Of a DNA stretch of 64,000 nt, positions 49,491-62,504 are shown piece after piece; within the stretch, counting starts at the first letter, position 1; the number at the start of each line of letters is the position of its first letter. Below the pieces are notes generated by a model. The model was not told the origin of the DNA. It saw only the letters and a list, made by a program, of their open reading frames with translations, and made no database searches. Source of the DNA: Octopus vulgaris. Lineage: Eukaryota. The stretch covers positions 20,150,001 through 20,214,000 of the forward strand of contig OX597841.1 of the NCBI GenBank assembly GCA_951406725.2, written 5' to 3'. Position numbers and translations under genes: made by a program.

Positions 49491-50709
49491 ATTCTGTGGC
49501 ACCTTGGACAAGTGTCTTCTACTGAAGCCTATGGTCAACCAAAAGCTTGTGAGTGGATTTGGTAGATAGAAACTGAGAGAAGCCTCTCATATATGTATGT
49601 GTCTGTATTTGTCCTTGTCACTGCTTGACAACTGGTGCTGGTGTATTTATGTCCCCATAACTTAGCAGTTTGGCAAACAGGACCAATAGAATAAGTAGTG
49701 GGGTCAATTCATTCAACTAAAAATTCTTCCAGGAGGTGCCCCAGCATGGCCGCAGTCTAGTGACTGAAACAAGTAAAAGATATATCATATATAAGTGTGT
49801 ATGTATATAAACATATTATACATATATATGCGTGTGTGTGTGTGTGTATATATGCCGGTGGCATGTAAAAAGCTCTGTTCCAGCATTGGGCTTCTCAGAG
49901 GCAGTAACAGATGACTGAGACCTAGAACCCAGTACACTCTTGGAGGGGTTGACATCCAGGGCATCCAGCTGTAGAAACCGTGCCGAATCAGAGTGTAGCC
50001 TGGTGCAGCTTCCTGACTTACCAGTTTTCCATCAAACCATCCAACCCATACCAGCATGGAAAGCGGACATTAAATGATGATGCTATATGTATGTATGTAT
50101 ATATATATATACAACTCCATTGCTTCCCTCCCACAAATCTACCATTGTTATTAGCAATGGTTCAAAAGTCTATCAGTCTGTCACTCATTGACTCCTTCAC
50201 CCTGACCTAAAATAGCAGATGGTGGGTTGTGTGTGTGTGTGTAGAGGAAGAAAATAGAAACAGGAAGAGAAAACAAAACAAAATAACACCCCCTCTCATC
50301 TCCCATCCTTTATTCCCACCCACCTCCCTCCAAAACAAATGAAAATAACTTCTTGAAACTGAAGTTATCTTTTTGAAGCAATATATACGAATAAAGATGA
50401 TTGATGTATAAGGAAAGATGGAGAAAAATTGAGAAAAACAAAGATTAATTTGGACTAACGCAAGTTGATGATGAAATAAATTATCTCTCTCTATATATAT
50501 ATATACATATATCTATATGTTTGTGTTTATTGTTGTTTATTGTATATGAGGCGTAAATTTTGTATGGTTATAGAACAATCCTAGGCAAGCTGTGCCCTGT
50601 GAGAGACTTTCTGAATGGCGTGCCGAAAGAAAAAATTACTTTGAATTTATGGTTATATTTGGGGATGGTCTTTCTTTTTTTCTTCTTCAAAATAACCCCA
50701 TGCTCTATA

Positions 50710-51550
50710 CGAGGGGGTACTCAAAAGTAACCAGAAATGTTCTTTGTGGGACAAACCCATTGTAGTTCAGGCTTCTGCCACTTGATGCGACTCTCGGGCA
50801 GTCTGCCAACTGGCATCATTGAGTCAAGTTGTATTGCCACGTGGTGTGTCTTTGCTTTGCAGTGCTTCTCCCCTGTTCATCAGTTTTTGCAATGGCTGAA
50901 ACGAAAGAACAGCACGCTTCCATGAAATTCTGTTTTCTGCTGGGGAAAACGGCAGCAAAAACAGTTGTCATTCCTCAAACGGCTTACAAAAGTGATGCCA
51001 TGAGCAAAACACAAGTTTACAAATGATTTCCATGCTTCGAGAATGGTCACTTGTCTCTTGAAGACCAACCTCATTCAGGATGACCGTTGACCTTCTGAAC
51101 AAATGAAAGCAACACCAAACGGTTGATGGGGTTGTTGATATGACTGGTATATCCTGGCACTCCTGCCAACGAATTTTGAGTGAGGAATCGTGAATAAAAA
51201 GAGTTGCAGCAACATTTGTGCCTCACTTGCTCACGGAAGATCAAAAGCAGTCATGACTGAATGCATATTGCGAACTGAAAGAAGAGTTGAAAGTTGATCC
51301 GAACCATTTTCCAAAGGTCATCACTGCTGACAAAAGCTGGTGCTGTGCAATTTGCAGATGTGGAAGAGGTGAAGGAAAAAAAAGACATCAGTTTGCAAGA
51401 GTTCCAGCACTACTTTGAACAGTGGGAAACGCACCTGGACCAATGCATTGCTTCAAATGGAGAATTCTTTGAAGGCAATAAAAATGTAAACATGTAAAAC
51501 TAAGTGACTAAAATATTGCAAAATTCCAGTTTCTTTTCGGTATCTCCTTG
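50710..51550 (+). mobile_element. Internally deleted mariner transposon
   Basis: TA|CGAGGGGGTACTCAAAAG..CTTTTCGGTATCTCCTTG|TA imperfect TIRs; EQHASMKFCFLLGKTA..MSKTQVYK (HTH), FVPHLLT, ITADKSW, CIASNGEFFEG; most of the catalytic domain is deleted. Confidence 0.88.
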
Positions 51551-52024
51551 TATATACTCATTCTTCACTTCAGCTATATTATTCTTCTTATTTTATCTGA
51601 AATTTTACATCCAGATATCCTCTGATCTCTCCAGCAACTCTCCATCCCAAGTGTCTCCTGTTTAGTTAGTTCTGTCATACCTTGAATTTTCAAGGATAGG
51701 ATTTTCAGCACCAGTGAGAGGAAGGGACAAAGTTATCCTCAAACCAGAGAACTGGTCCATTGGAAGAAAATGAGTTTGAACTCTGCTGAAGATATCTAAT
51801 GGTGGGTGGTGGTACCCATGTACTGCAGAAATCAGATATAGTCACTCAAAATTTCATTACCCTTAACTGCGAAAAGCAGTTTTATATACAAATCTATCTT
51901 TTTTTGAATGTTGTGTTTCAAACTATTTTTTATTGATAAATGTTTGTAGGTGCCAAAATGGTTGAATAGAATAAGAAATCAGAAAAAAAGTAATCAAATT
52001 TCACCTGAACCCTCTCTTTGCACC

Positions 52025-52767
52025 CAGGGTGCTTGGGCTGAATTTGTTGATTTTATGATCTCCTTTTCTCTGATGCATTGGTGAAGAGTCGATGACATTG
52101 GAGAGCATAAAGATTAAAGTTGTAGTTGAGAGGCTGACATGGAGGAATAGGAACCATCTAAATATTGGAAAGAGTAACCTATATCATGATGATTTGTGCT
52201 GGGTACCAAAATGCTGGCCTCATGACTGTTGCTCAATACTCTGTGAACATTGTAAAGGCTGTAAGATGTAACATGGACATCACGAAACCAAGTTTCCCCA
52301 CTGTGATGGTCTTTAGGTATCTCAAGTGAAGGTAATGTCATGCTGCCCAGCATCTTTGAACAAGGCCTTAGGCTCAATTCAGTTGGCTGTTTAAAACTGC
52401 CGGAAGGCCATATTTGTGGCGGCAGGATTGGATCCTTGTCATACCTCCAGAAAGCATCGGGAGTGGTTGTTGGAGAGTTTCTATGACTTCACCAGCCCCA
52501 ATTTCTGGCCTCCTAATTCCCATAATTGTAATTTCATAGATTACTATATGTGGGACACAATTGAGAAAGATACCACCCAAGCTGATGGCCAAGGCTGAAC
52601 TGGTGGCCAGCATCAAAGACGTGTTCAAAGATCTTCCCAGAAACACTGAGGAACTCATGTGCCAGGTTCCAAAGCCATCTTGAAGCTGAGGGCAGCTAGT
52701 TTGAGTAAACTGTTATCTCTCAGCCATAATCTACTTTTCAAAGGCAATTTAGCCCAAACACCCTCTG
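52025..52767 (+). mobile_element. Decayed Tc1/mariner-superfamily transposon
   Basis: TIRs cagggtgcttgggctgaatt / aatttagcccaaacaccct; FWPPNSHNCNFIDYYMW resembles the WPPNSPDLNPLDY motif. Confidence 0.75.
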
Positions 52768-54072
52768 TGTGTGCATATGTATGTAGATATACATACATAC
52801 ACACACACATACATACATACACACATACATACATACATACATACACACATACATACACACATACACACATACATATATAGAGAGAGAGCATCAAGCCAAG
52901 TAAAATTGTAGTCATGGCAGATACTGGTGTCACATAAATGGCACCTGTGCCAGTGGCACGTAAAAGCTCCCATTACACTCTTGGAGTGGTTGGCATTAGG
53001 AAAGACATCCAGCTGTAGAAATCATGCTAAATCAGACTGGAGTTTGGTGCAGCCTTCCAGCTTACCAGCCCTGGTCAAACCATCCAACCCATGACAGCAT
53101 GGACAACAGGCGTTAAATGATGACGATGATATATATATATGTGTGTGTGCATATACATTATATATATATAAAGAAATGGAGATATACAACTGTCAATTCA
53201 AAAATTAAAATTTATTAACATAATATATTATATAATAAATATTAAATACAAATTACCTACAATTGTTTCAATTCTTACCCATAATAAAATTATAAAAGTC
53301 CATTGTTTGTGGGTAAGAATCTCTTCAGTGTAGTTTTTGATAGATGAGGATTCGCAGATCCAAGAAAAAACTGAATTTAAATATATTTTTTCAGGCTTGA
53401 TGTCAATAATTAAAAACAAAAACAAAGATAAAAAATAAACTAATTTAACAGTCATAAAATATATTTGTATACTGTTATATATCTCAGTGCATTCGTTTTT
53501 TTAAATACCTGGGACAATATTTATAAAAATATTTAAAAAAAAAAAACAGGACAAAATAAGAAATATCCCTTTCGTTCTTTCAAATTATTAAAAAAATACA
53601 TGTTATAATAACAATATGCTATTTATCTATGGGTAAATAGCAAAATATATTTAAAATACCTTATCTCTAGTTAAATAGCAAATGATATTATAAATTACAT
53701 TGCATTAATTATTTATAATAATAATTACTAAAAATCAAAGATTAATAATTAAAAATTGCGTCGTTTATATGTGGTGTGAACGATGAAAGAGGACAACAGA
53801 AAAAAGGAGAATGGAAATACAATCAGGCCTTACCTCGGCGAAGATTAGTTCAGATCCCTCTCAGCCAGCTCGATACGTCTGGTGCCTTGGTCATCTCAGC
53901 TGCAACTCCTGTTCGTTGATCCCACACGTGCCTCGTCGCTTCCGCTTCCTCCCGCGCATGCGCCCTGCAAGCCCTACTTCCGCCCTCCCCTATCTGTCAT
54001 CATCTCACCAACACCACTCGCCTCCCTGATCTACAGATCACTGAACCGGCTTTCTCACTCGCTCCCCGCACC

Positions 54073-56972
54073 TTAACTGGTTTCATAATCAGCCAACCAG
54101 GGAGGAGGGTGCCGTTCCCTCTGTGGTTGCAGTGTGACCCTAGGACTTGTTCCTGGTGTGTTGCTGCTGGCCTCGTCATCCTGTCTACTGGTGTTGTTTT
54201 CGTCTTGCCCACTGCTGCTGGTCCCATCCTCTGAGGCATGGACAATCCTCCGTATATCTAAAACGTGGCGTGGCATACCATCAACCGAGATGTTATTTTT
54301 TGAATTTACAGAGTTATTGTCCCCTTTCCCCATTGTGATGTACACCATGCGTTTGGGGGTTTTACCCAGACTTCCTCCCCGACCTGCACGAAGGCGTGCT
54401 CTTCCTCTGCCCTGGGTCGCATTGATGTAGTACACGGATGCCTCCACTCGTACCTGAATATTGCCCTGTGTGGCACCGACTCCTCAGCTTGTCCTGATCT
54501 GGGCGACATATTGTACCAAAACACGGCCTCGATTGGTGAAATGTGACCCCTCTCTGCCATGGCCTTGATGGTACGATGATGCCTTTCCACCACCCCATTT
54601 CCACTTGGCCGGTATGCCGCCCTGAAGAAGTGGTTGACCTTCCACTCATCAAGCATTTCTTTCAGCCCATCCGAGCGAAATGCAGGGCCGTTGTCCAGAA
54701 GCAGTTCATCCACGGGGCCTCGTTCCAGGAATATCTCATTCAACACTTTCACAATTTCTTCTGCGGTCCCCGACTTCATCTCCCTCCATATGGCCAACCG
54801 CCCCGGTCCGCAGTCAACCATTGAGAGGTATGTCCCCTGCCGGTAGTGTGTTATGTCCACCGCCAGTCGTTTCCAGTCCTGGTCCACTGGAATACTTCCC
54901 GCTTCATGCACGACCGGAGCAGGGTCGATGGACTGGCACCTGTCACAACTGCTAACCACTCTCTGCACACTCTGTCTTGTTACGTCGGAGTCAACTTTTC
55001 TGGCTAGGAACAATGTCCTGTCCACACCCATGTGATGCATGGTGTGCAGTCTCCTTTACTCCGAGTCGCTCAGACGGCATACTGCAGCTACATCCTGCTT
55101 CGTATCCTCTGGCACCTTCAACCAGACTCGCTTTACCCTGGTCAGGACGTCTGCCCTGTTCTTCTCGGAAGGCACAAAGATCACGCTCAGCTTCAGATTG
55201 AACTCAGTGGTTAGTTCACGCAGTATTCCTAATCGACGCTTTACCAGCATCTCTGCAGCCCCTTTGGTCCGCACCCTCCGCTCATCGGTGATGACTGCTG
55301 TCGCCCAACCAAGTACAGTGGCCGAATCAGTCCTTATTTCTATGGTGTGCAACCCCCACTTCAAGGCTAGGTTCACCCCCTTCAACACGGCATCCAACTC
55401 CGCCACGTTGATATGATTGCAGTCATCCGTCTTCCTGAACCAGGCTGCATCTTCCACAATGACACCTCCCACTTCTAAGACAACCCCTATTGTGATGCTA
55501 CTGGCGTCACACCATACGATCCTGCTCTTTGATTTAGGAACATACCAGCTGCCCCTCACTGGGTCCTCTGCTCGTACTCTGACCAAGACTTCCTGAATCA
55601 TGTTGATCGTCCTCTCCCCCACTTTATCATTCCACTTCACTCCTTCAGCTCGTCTCTTGATGAAGCTACATGCTGTTCGGAGCCAAACTGCAATCGGGTA
55701 ATGTCCCACCAGCTTCCCACACACAGAGAACAGTTCCCGTCTACTCATGCTGGCGCCCAGTTCAGGGACCTCATTCCCTCGCCGGAACACCAACGCGCCG
55801 GCCTTGTCTCTCCATAGCTTGAGGCCCAGTGCGGCACCTCCTTCCATTGCCTCTGGCGGCTTGGCGATCAGTCCAAAACTCTTCAGGTGGCCTATGACCT
55901 CTGTTGCTGGTATCACGGTTTCATCCACCAGAATGTCATCGATGTACGAATTGGTGGCCCTTTTTACTCTGTCCACCTTCCCCAGGATGGCCTTGAGAAT
56001 TGTTGCCATAATCTTTGGTGCTGAATTCAGCCCGAATCCCAACCTGGTCAGACAGTACATCCAGCCCTTATACCTGACGAGCTGGTACTTCCATAATTTC
56101 TCAGCCACATGCACCTGTAGGTATGCCGACTTCAAATCAACAACCGTGGAGGCCCCCATCGTCTGCCTCCACTCTCACAAGGTGTCTCCGCAGATATCCG
56201 TGGCCTCGCCACCTGTATGACACGGCACGTGGTCATTCAGCTCTCGGAAGTCAAGCATTGGCCTGACCTTATGCTTTGTGGGCTGTATCACCGCCATCAG
56301 TGGCAGGACTCCGCTCTCTTCTTTTTCCCAAGGGATCAATATGCCCTCCTTAATCCACCGCTCCACCTCTCCCTCGAACTCACTTCTGGCATCTCCTTTT
56401 AGAGTATGCTGATAGCAGCCCACTTTATTCTTTAACATCGGGGGCTCTCCCTTCCAGTGCCACTCCACCGTCCACCTCTCGCCATCAAAGACAGCCCGAA
56501 AATCCTGGTCCTCAATGGTGTGCGCCGCATCCTTTTCCTCACGGTTGTCACCGGTGCATGGTCTCGCCCTACACGGTTTCCCTGCTAACCCAAACGTTAC
56601 ACCAGCCTCGTTAACGGTGACACCTCCCAAGCGGGTGATTGCATCCATCCCCATCACCACGTCAATCTCGTCCACCAAGTGACCAACCACAATCGCTCGC
56701 AACATCAGCTGTAGTCCCTGCACTACAATCTGCGCATCTGTAACCCCTTCGCAGTGTACTTCTCTTCCGTCGACAGCCCTAACACTGCTTCCTCCACTCC
56801 ATGTCTCTGCCACTTCTGTAGTCATCAGGGTTGTCGTACAGCCCGTGTCCACCAGGGCTCGCGACATCTTCCCCTCCACCAGAATGTCGACCACAGGTAG
56901 CGATGATAAACGTGCCGCTACTGATCCAAAGGGACAACTACCGGCGCAGTAGTCTCCCGCAGTCCGTTTCCC
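54073..56972 (-). pseudogene. pol of the Gypsy element (PR, RT, RNase H, IN), disabled
   Basis: LVDTG protease; DLKSAYLQ, GFGLNSAP and YIDD RT motifs; CDAS..AELDAV..TDS RNase H; H..H..CDRC and D..DNG..VER integrase; in-frame stops at 56175-56177 and 55056-55058, frameshift near 54310. Confidence 0.93.
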
Positions 56973-57676
56973 CGCGGACACTCGCTGGCTATATGCCCCG
57001 GCTCTCGACACCGGTAGCAAATCACCTCAGGCTTGGGCGACACGCAGTCACGCGCCATGTGTGGACCTTGGCACCGGAAACACTGTCCTTTGAACGGTCG
57101 CATGCGTTCTTTCTTTAGGCCCTCTCCGCTGCTCCTAGCTGGGCCACTTTTCAACGTTGCAGTCGCTGCTACCGACGTCATCCTGCTGCACGAAACTAGT
57201 ACGCGAGCCCGAGATATGATGTCCGCCATCGGCATCGAATGCACGTTTGGGAGCTTCTGTAGCTCGACCGACATGTTGTCGGGAAAGTCGGTCACGAACG
57301 CCAACCTAATCGTCCGTTCCGGCAACTCTCCCTCGTAACCCGCCAGTTTAGCCAGTCTTCTAAGCTCATTGGCAAACACGTCCACCTCTTGCCCAGTCCA
57401 TCTCATTCTACCCAGGCGAGTGTATGCCTCGAACATTCCCTCCGCAAAGGCCTCCATCCACCGGATTTCTACTTTCTCCACGCTAAGTTGGTCCGTCTCC
57501 TCCATCTCTAAATATAACGCCAACGCCGGGCCATCCAAGTACAGCGGCATGAAGCTCGCCAGGTCACCTATACCATGGAGCTTTGCCACCAACTTCACTC
57601 TCTTCAACCAAGCGACCACATCTGTGTCGCTGCAAAACGGTGTTATAAGTTCGTGAGAAACCCGAGCACTCTGCAT
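56918..57676 (-). CDS. gag of the Gypsy element (252 aa, two zinc knuckles)
   Basis: Open ORF; CFRCQGPHMARDC and CYRCREPGHIASEC. Confidence 0.9.
   Translation of the reverse strand: MQSARVSHELITPFCSDTDVVAWLKRVKLVAKLHGIGDLASFMPLYLDGPALALYLEMEETDQLSVEKVEIRWMEAFAEGMFEAYTRLGRMRWTGQEVDVFANELRRLAKLAGYEGELPERTIRLAFVTDFPDNMSVELQKLPNVHSMPMADIISRARVLVSCSRMTSVAATATLKSGPARSSGEGLKKERMRPFKGQCFRCQGPHMARDCVSPKPEVICYRCREPGHIASECPRGNGLRETTAPVVVPLDQ
56931..56972 (-). promoter_or_regulatory. Putative -1 ribosomal frameshift signal at the gag-pol overlap
   Basis: G GGA AAC heptamer in gag frame, 7-nt spacer, stem GGGA-GACUAC..GUAGUU-G-UCCC; pol is in the -1 frame. Confidence 0.75.
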
Positions 57677-57707
57677 CCTTTTTATTTATAAAACCGATTG
57701 TTTATAT

Positions 57708-57719
57708 GCCGAAATAGCT
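57708..57719 (-). other. Non-canonical primer-binding site complementary to nt 1-12 of tRNA-Phe(GAA)
   Basis: Plus strand GCCGAAATAGCT abuts the 5' LTR and equals the recalled 5' end of metazoan tRNA-Phe (GCCGAAATAGCTCAG..). Confidence 0.75.
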
Positions 57720-60700
57720 TGTGGTGTGAACGATGAAAGAGGACAACAGAAAAAAGGAGAATGGAAATACAATCAGGCCTTACCTCGGCGAAGATTAGTT
57801 CAGATCCCTCTCAGCCAGCTCGATACGTCTGGTGCCTTGGTCGTCTCAGCTGCAACTCCTGTTCGTTGATCCCACACGTGCGTCGTCGCTCCCGCTTCCG
57901 CTTCCTCCCGTGCATGCGCCCTGCAAGCCCTACTTCTGCCCTCCCCTATCTGTCATCCTCTCACCAACACCACATTATATAAGGAAGAAACTTTCTAAAA
58001 AATATTATCATAATAATTATTATCTTAGAAATTAAATAAACACTGAATTAACCAGTTTTCCAAAAAAATCTAATCATAAAGACTTCAGGTTTACAAGTAC
58101 ACTGGTACGAAAAAATCGACTTTTTGAAATTTTTTTGAAATTTTTTCAGCAGATTCCTATGTTTTCAATGAAGGAGATTCTGAAGATGTCAAAGACCAAT
58201 TCCCCCTCCCCACCCCAAATTTAAAAATTTTAACTTTTTTTCAATCTTGGAAAAATATATAATCGTGCCACATGTATCCCATTCTACTGATTTTTATGCA
58301 CATATTCCAAAATTCCAGTCTTATCGAACCTGTTAAAAGGATTTTGCTCCTGAGAAATGGAGGTCATGGAGCCCTAAAATGTGAGAGTTAAGGATGGGTG
58401 TCTTAATGTCAACCAGAGAAGTTGAATTGTTGAGAATCTTTTTAACTTGGGTCTTATATCTATTGTTTGAATTTCTTTGAAATAGGGAATTTATGTTCAC
58501 TGGGTTTGTAAAAGAGAGCAAAGCTACAGGAAACCAAAAGACGAATGATCACAATAAGCAGTCAGCTACCTTACCCTAGTCGTTACCACTCCCAATGTCG
58601 GATTCCTCACCATCCAGGTGACAGGCACAGCCGTAAGATGCATTACGAATCTCTAGCAATTGGAAGGGCGTGACCCAACTGAAATAAACATTAACAACTG
58701 TGTGACATGAGGGCTAATGAGAAATGAAAGTGTCACCTCCGGAGTTTGCAAATGACCACTATACTGATACGTAACTGGACAGAATAAAATTACAATCTGT
58801 AAATGTCTTTGAATAACCAGTCACTTGGGAAGGCCTTGAAATCAATGTTACCATCTGGGGACTATGTGTGACCCAGTGATAATAAAACGAGTGAAAGGAG
58901 GTCTGCAATCAAATAACTTTACTCAACACTTTGCAAAGTGAATCAGTGGAGGCAAAGATGTCTTTCATTTACTTGACAATTTATGCACCACATTTATAAT
59001 ATTTATAAATTCTATCCAAGGATTATTGTTATTATTACTATATTTATCCTACATTATATTGGTAGAGCTCGGTACAACCCTGAAAAACTGGTTCACCTGT
59101 CAGCATCTTTAGACTGTAGCTGACATAATGGAATAGAAGCTTTATTTGCAGATTCAAAATGTCTCCTGTAAGCAAATTTAAAAGATGTGAGTGTGTGTGT
59201 GTGTGTGTGTGTGTTAAACAGGCTTTTTTCAAACACAAATACAGTCACACACACACATGATATGAGCTTCCTTCAGTTTCCGTCTACCAAATCCACTGAG
59301 AAGGCTTTGGTTGGCCTGAGGCTAGAGCAGAAGACACTTTCTCACAATGCCACTGAGTTGATATCATTGACTGACCACCTTCACTGAAATTGCTGGCCTT
59401 GTGCCAAATTTTGAAGTGAACTTTATCGTTTCTTGTTTTGACCTCTTTCCATTTCAGTTTTAAATTTCTGTAACCAAAAACACTGACTGACAAAATTCTT
59501 AAGTTTTTTTTGTCTTTGGTCAGTAAATGTTATTTCTTATTTACTTCTCTCTAGAAATCAAAGGAAATCCCTAATATTCCCTTCAAACTTTGCTTTTGTC
59601 ACCTGGACATCAATGTTTCCAAACTGACCGATTTTCCATTGCATTTCTGACAGATTCAGTGTTGAGTTGATGAAGCAGAAATATCATTAAAGCAAATATT
59701 CTGCTCAATACCATAGATTAGCTGGTCAGTTGCTTGACCAGTGTGTTTGTTGACTTGCTGCTGCCTGACAAAGCTGTTCATGAGTCTCTACTCTCAAACA
59801 GAATTTCTCCATCCTCTCGCAAAAGTTTACAAAATTCTAATGACATTAACTCCATATAATTCTCACCGGTAAGAATAAAATTTCTGAAATGGATAGAGGC
59901 ATTCAAAGGATTGCTTTGGTAGAACATCTGTCATATCTACAGGAGATGTGGGTTCAAGTCTCACCAGCAGCCTTTGACTTTTCCTATCCAAAAGGGCTTT
60001 TCAACTTAATATCTACATGGTGGTGAGCTGACAGAATTGTTAACACCAGGGAAAATGCTTAGCAGCATTTTGTCTGTCTGTGCATTCTGAGTTCAAATTC
60101 TGCTAAGGTTGACTTTACCTTTTATCCTTTTGGAGTTGATAAAATAAGTACCAGTTGATTACTGCGGTCAATGTATACCCTTCCTTGCTGGCTTTGTGCC
60201 AAAATTTGAAATCCCTATTTACCTGTGATTATTTATAGCTTTTCGGGTGCTTCAGGATCCACTATTCCTAAAAAGAGTAAGTTTTATCTTTTATCTTTTA
60301 CTTAGCTCAGTTGTGAGACAGTGGCCATGCTGGGGCACCACCTTGAATTTGTAGTCCAGCACTTTTTTTTTATAAGCCTGGTACTTATTCTATTGCCAAA
60401 CTGTTAAGTTATGGGGACATAAACACAGCCACACTGGTTGTCAGGTGGTGGCAGGGGACAAACACACACACGACAAGTTTCTTTCAGTATTCTTAATATT
60501 TTGTTTTGTCACCTTAACTACCTGTAATTATCAGTGTCTGATGTCATGTTTCCATTGGAGCTCAGAGCTGTCACTTTTCTTCATCATCTTTTCAATCATT
60601 GTATTTATCTTTCCAAGATCTCTTGTTGATACTTTATATTGGGAGAGCATTCTTAATAAACACGAGGTGACTGTAATAGTTTCTCTTTTCCCTAAAGCTT

Positions 60701-62504
60701 TTGTTAATAACCACAAATGAGGATGTGTTGAAGTGTTGTTTATTCTGTGTTAATCATCTACAATGTGTGTGTGTGAGAGAGAGGGAGAGGGAGAGAGAGG
60801 GAGAGAGAGGGAGAGAGAGAGAGAGTACAATCCACTATTTGAGCTCAGGTCTCATTTGCTGCCTAACCAGATGTTCCTTTTCTGCTGACCAGTTTGATAA
60901 CTAGTCCGCAGTAAAGGTCCTCATCTACAAGTCCTTTCTTACAAGTTCACAGGTAACACCCACAGTCCTCTCTTTTACTTGCTTTGTTTAAAAGAAAGGG
61001 ACCAAACCCCTAGCCTTCATACGCTGAAGTCTAGTGAGATTGACACTGTTAACTTTCTGCTTAAATTTTTGTAAGTTGAGGTTTTCATGATTAAACAAGA
61101 GCAGGAAAGAAATCCCAGAGAATTTGTATTCTGAGAAGGCAGTTCTGAGTTAGAGTGGGCTCTGAAGATTGATCAGAATATGGATGATGAGAGATGATTC
61201 AGTAGTGAGTGTTTGATTGAAGCTGGTACCAGACCAACCAACCCTGAGGAGTACAGGCCATTAGGGTAGTGGGAAGAAAGAAAAGAAGGTGCATGTCTGT
61301 TGGAATGTGGTCTGTGAGTAACTGCATGCCAATCAGTCAAGTGTCGCTTCACCAAGAGTGGTTAAGGATATTTTTGTGGGTGTCACTGTACCCCTATTAT
61401 ATGGGTCCAGTATTCTGTAGTCATCCATATCCAAGCTTTGTAAAGTGTCAGGGGTTGTTGTTGTGGTGGTGTACTTTCTAGCCCTGAAGAGAAGGGTCAA
61501 TATTCTATGTTAAGTTTATTTGTTCTGAAAGATCCTTGATGATATTGAGGCCTCACATTTTGGTGTAATCACAAGGGTTCCTGCAGTGTGCAGCTGAAGG
61601 TGAGGTGGTGGATGGACAGTGATGTTTTCTTTTTGCTATGAACAGTGTTTTTTTTATTACTATTTGATGAAAACTCTCGTCTTATTTTGCCAGGTATGAT
61701 GGAAAGTGTCAGCTGTCCAGTCAGCAGACTTAGGGGACACTTGTTTAGGGGACACGTCTAGTAGTTCCAAGCAGTGATGATTTTTATAGGTGTTCTATCT
61801 TTACCATTCTTTTTGAGCCATGTTGGTGGTTGAGTACTGATACTTCCAAGCATGCCACTCACCACTGGCATCACGTCCACTCTCTTCATTTCCCATCTCA
61901 TGCATGTTTCCTACTTCAGTTCATCATATTTGTTCGCTTTCTCTTCTGTCTTGTTTTCACCAGGACATGCTATCTCAATTATCAGACATGTTTTTTAATG
62001 TGAAAGACACAGGACGAAACAGGACCAATAGGATCCAGTCCGTTCTTTCGGAGGATATGTTCTTAAGGGATCAAAATTACTCTCTTGTGGTGTAAATATT
62101 GATAATGACATTGTTGTCTAAGACAGACATAAGTGCTGAAATTTGAAGAAGTGATGCAGTCGATAAAATCTGCACCAGAAAGATGAAACAGAGATTGACT
62201 TTTCTGTGGATTTCAACACAATGTGAAGAAACATAACTACACACTGTTCACCAGATCTTCCTTAAATTTTACACAGCTACGTTAATATATATATATAAAA
62301 GAAGTTAATCTCATCATTGATGCACTATATCTTGCATAAAAGAATGTAGAGAACAAACCTGGAGACCTTTGATATAGGTTTGTTTGAAATGTTGACCTCA
62401 ACGGAATTTTAATTCAGACCATAAAAAATTTTAAAAATTCACACATTTTGTCCACCTCTCTATTCAACCCAAACCATCGTTTTATAATAAGTTTTCAGAA
62501 AGAC

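Larger units (their letters stand above)
53770..57974 (-). mobile_element. Gypsy/Ty3-type LTR retrotransposon, structurally complete
   Basis: LTRs 57720-57974 (5') and 53770-54018 (3') differ by about 6 substitutions plus a 6-bp indel; outer ends TG..CA; 5-bp TSD TTATA; gag then PR-RT-RH-IN order; purine-rich GGGAGGCG before the 3' LTR. Confidence 0.97.

Noticed and set aside
60445-61800. Possible exons or retroelement coding remnant
   Set aside because: No recognisable motif or consistent splice pattern; left unannotated
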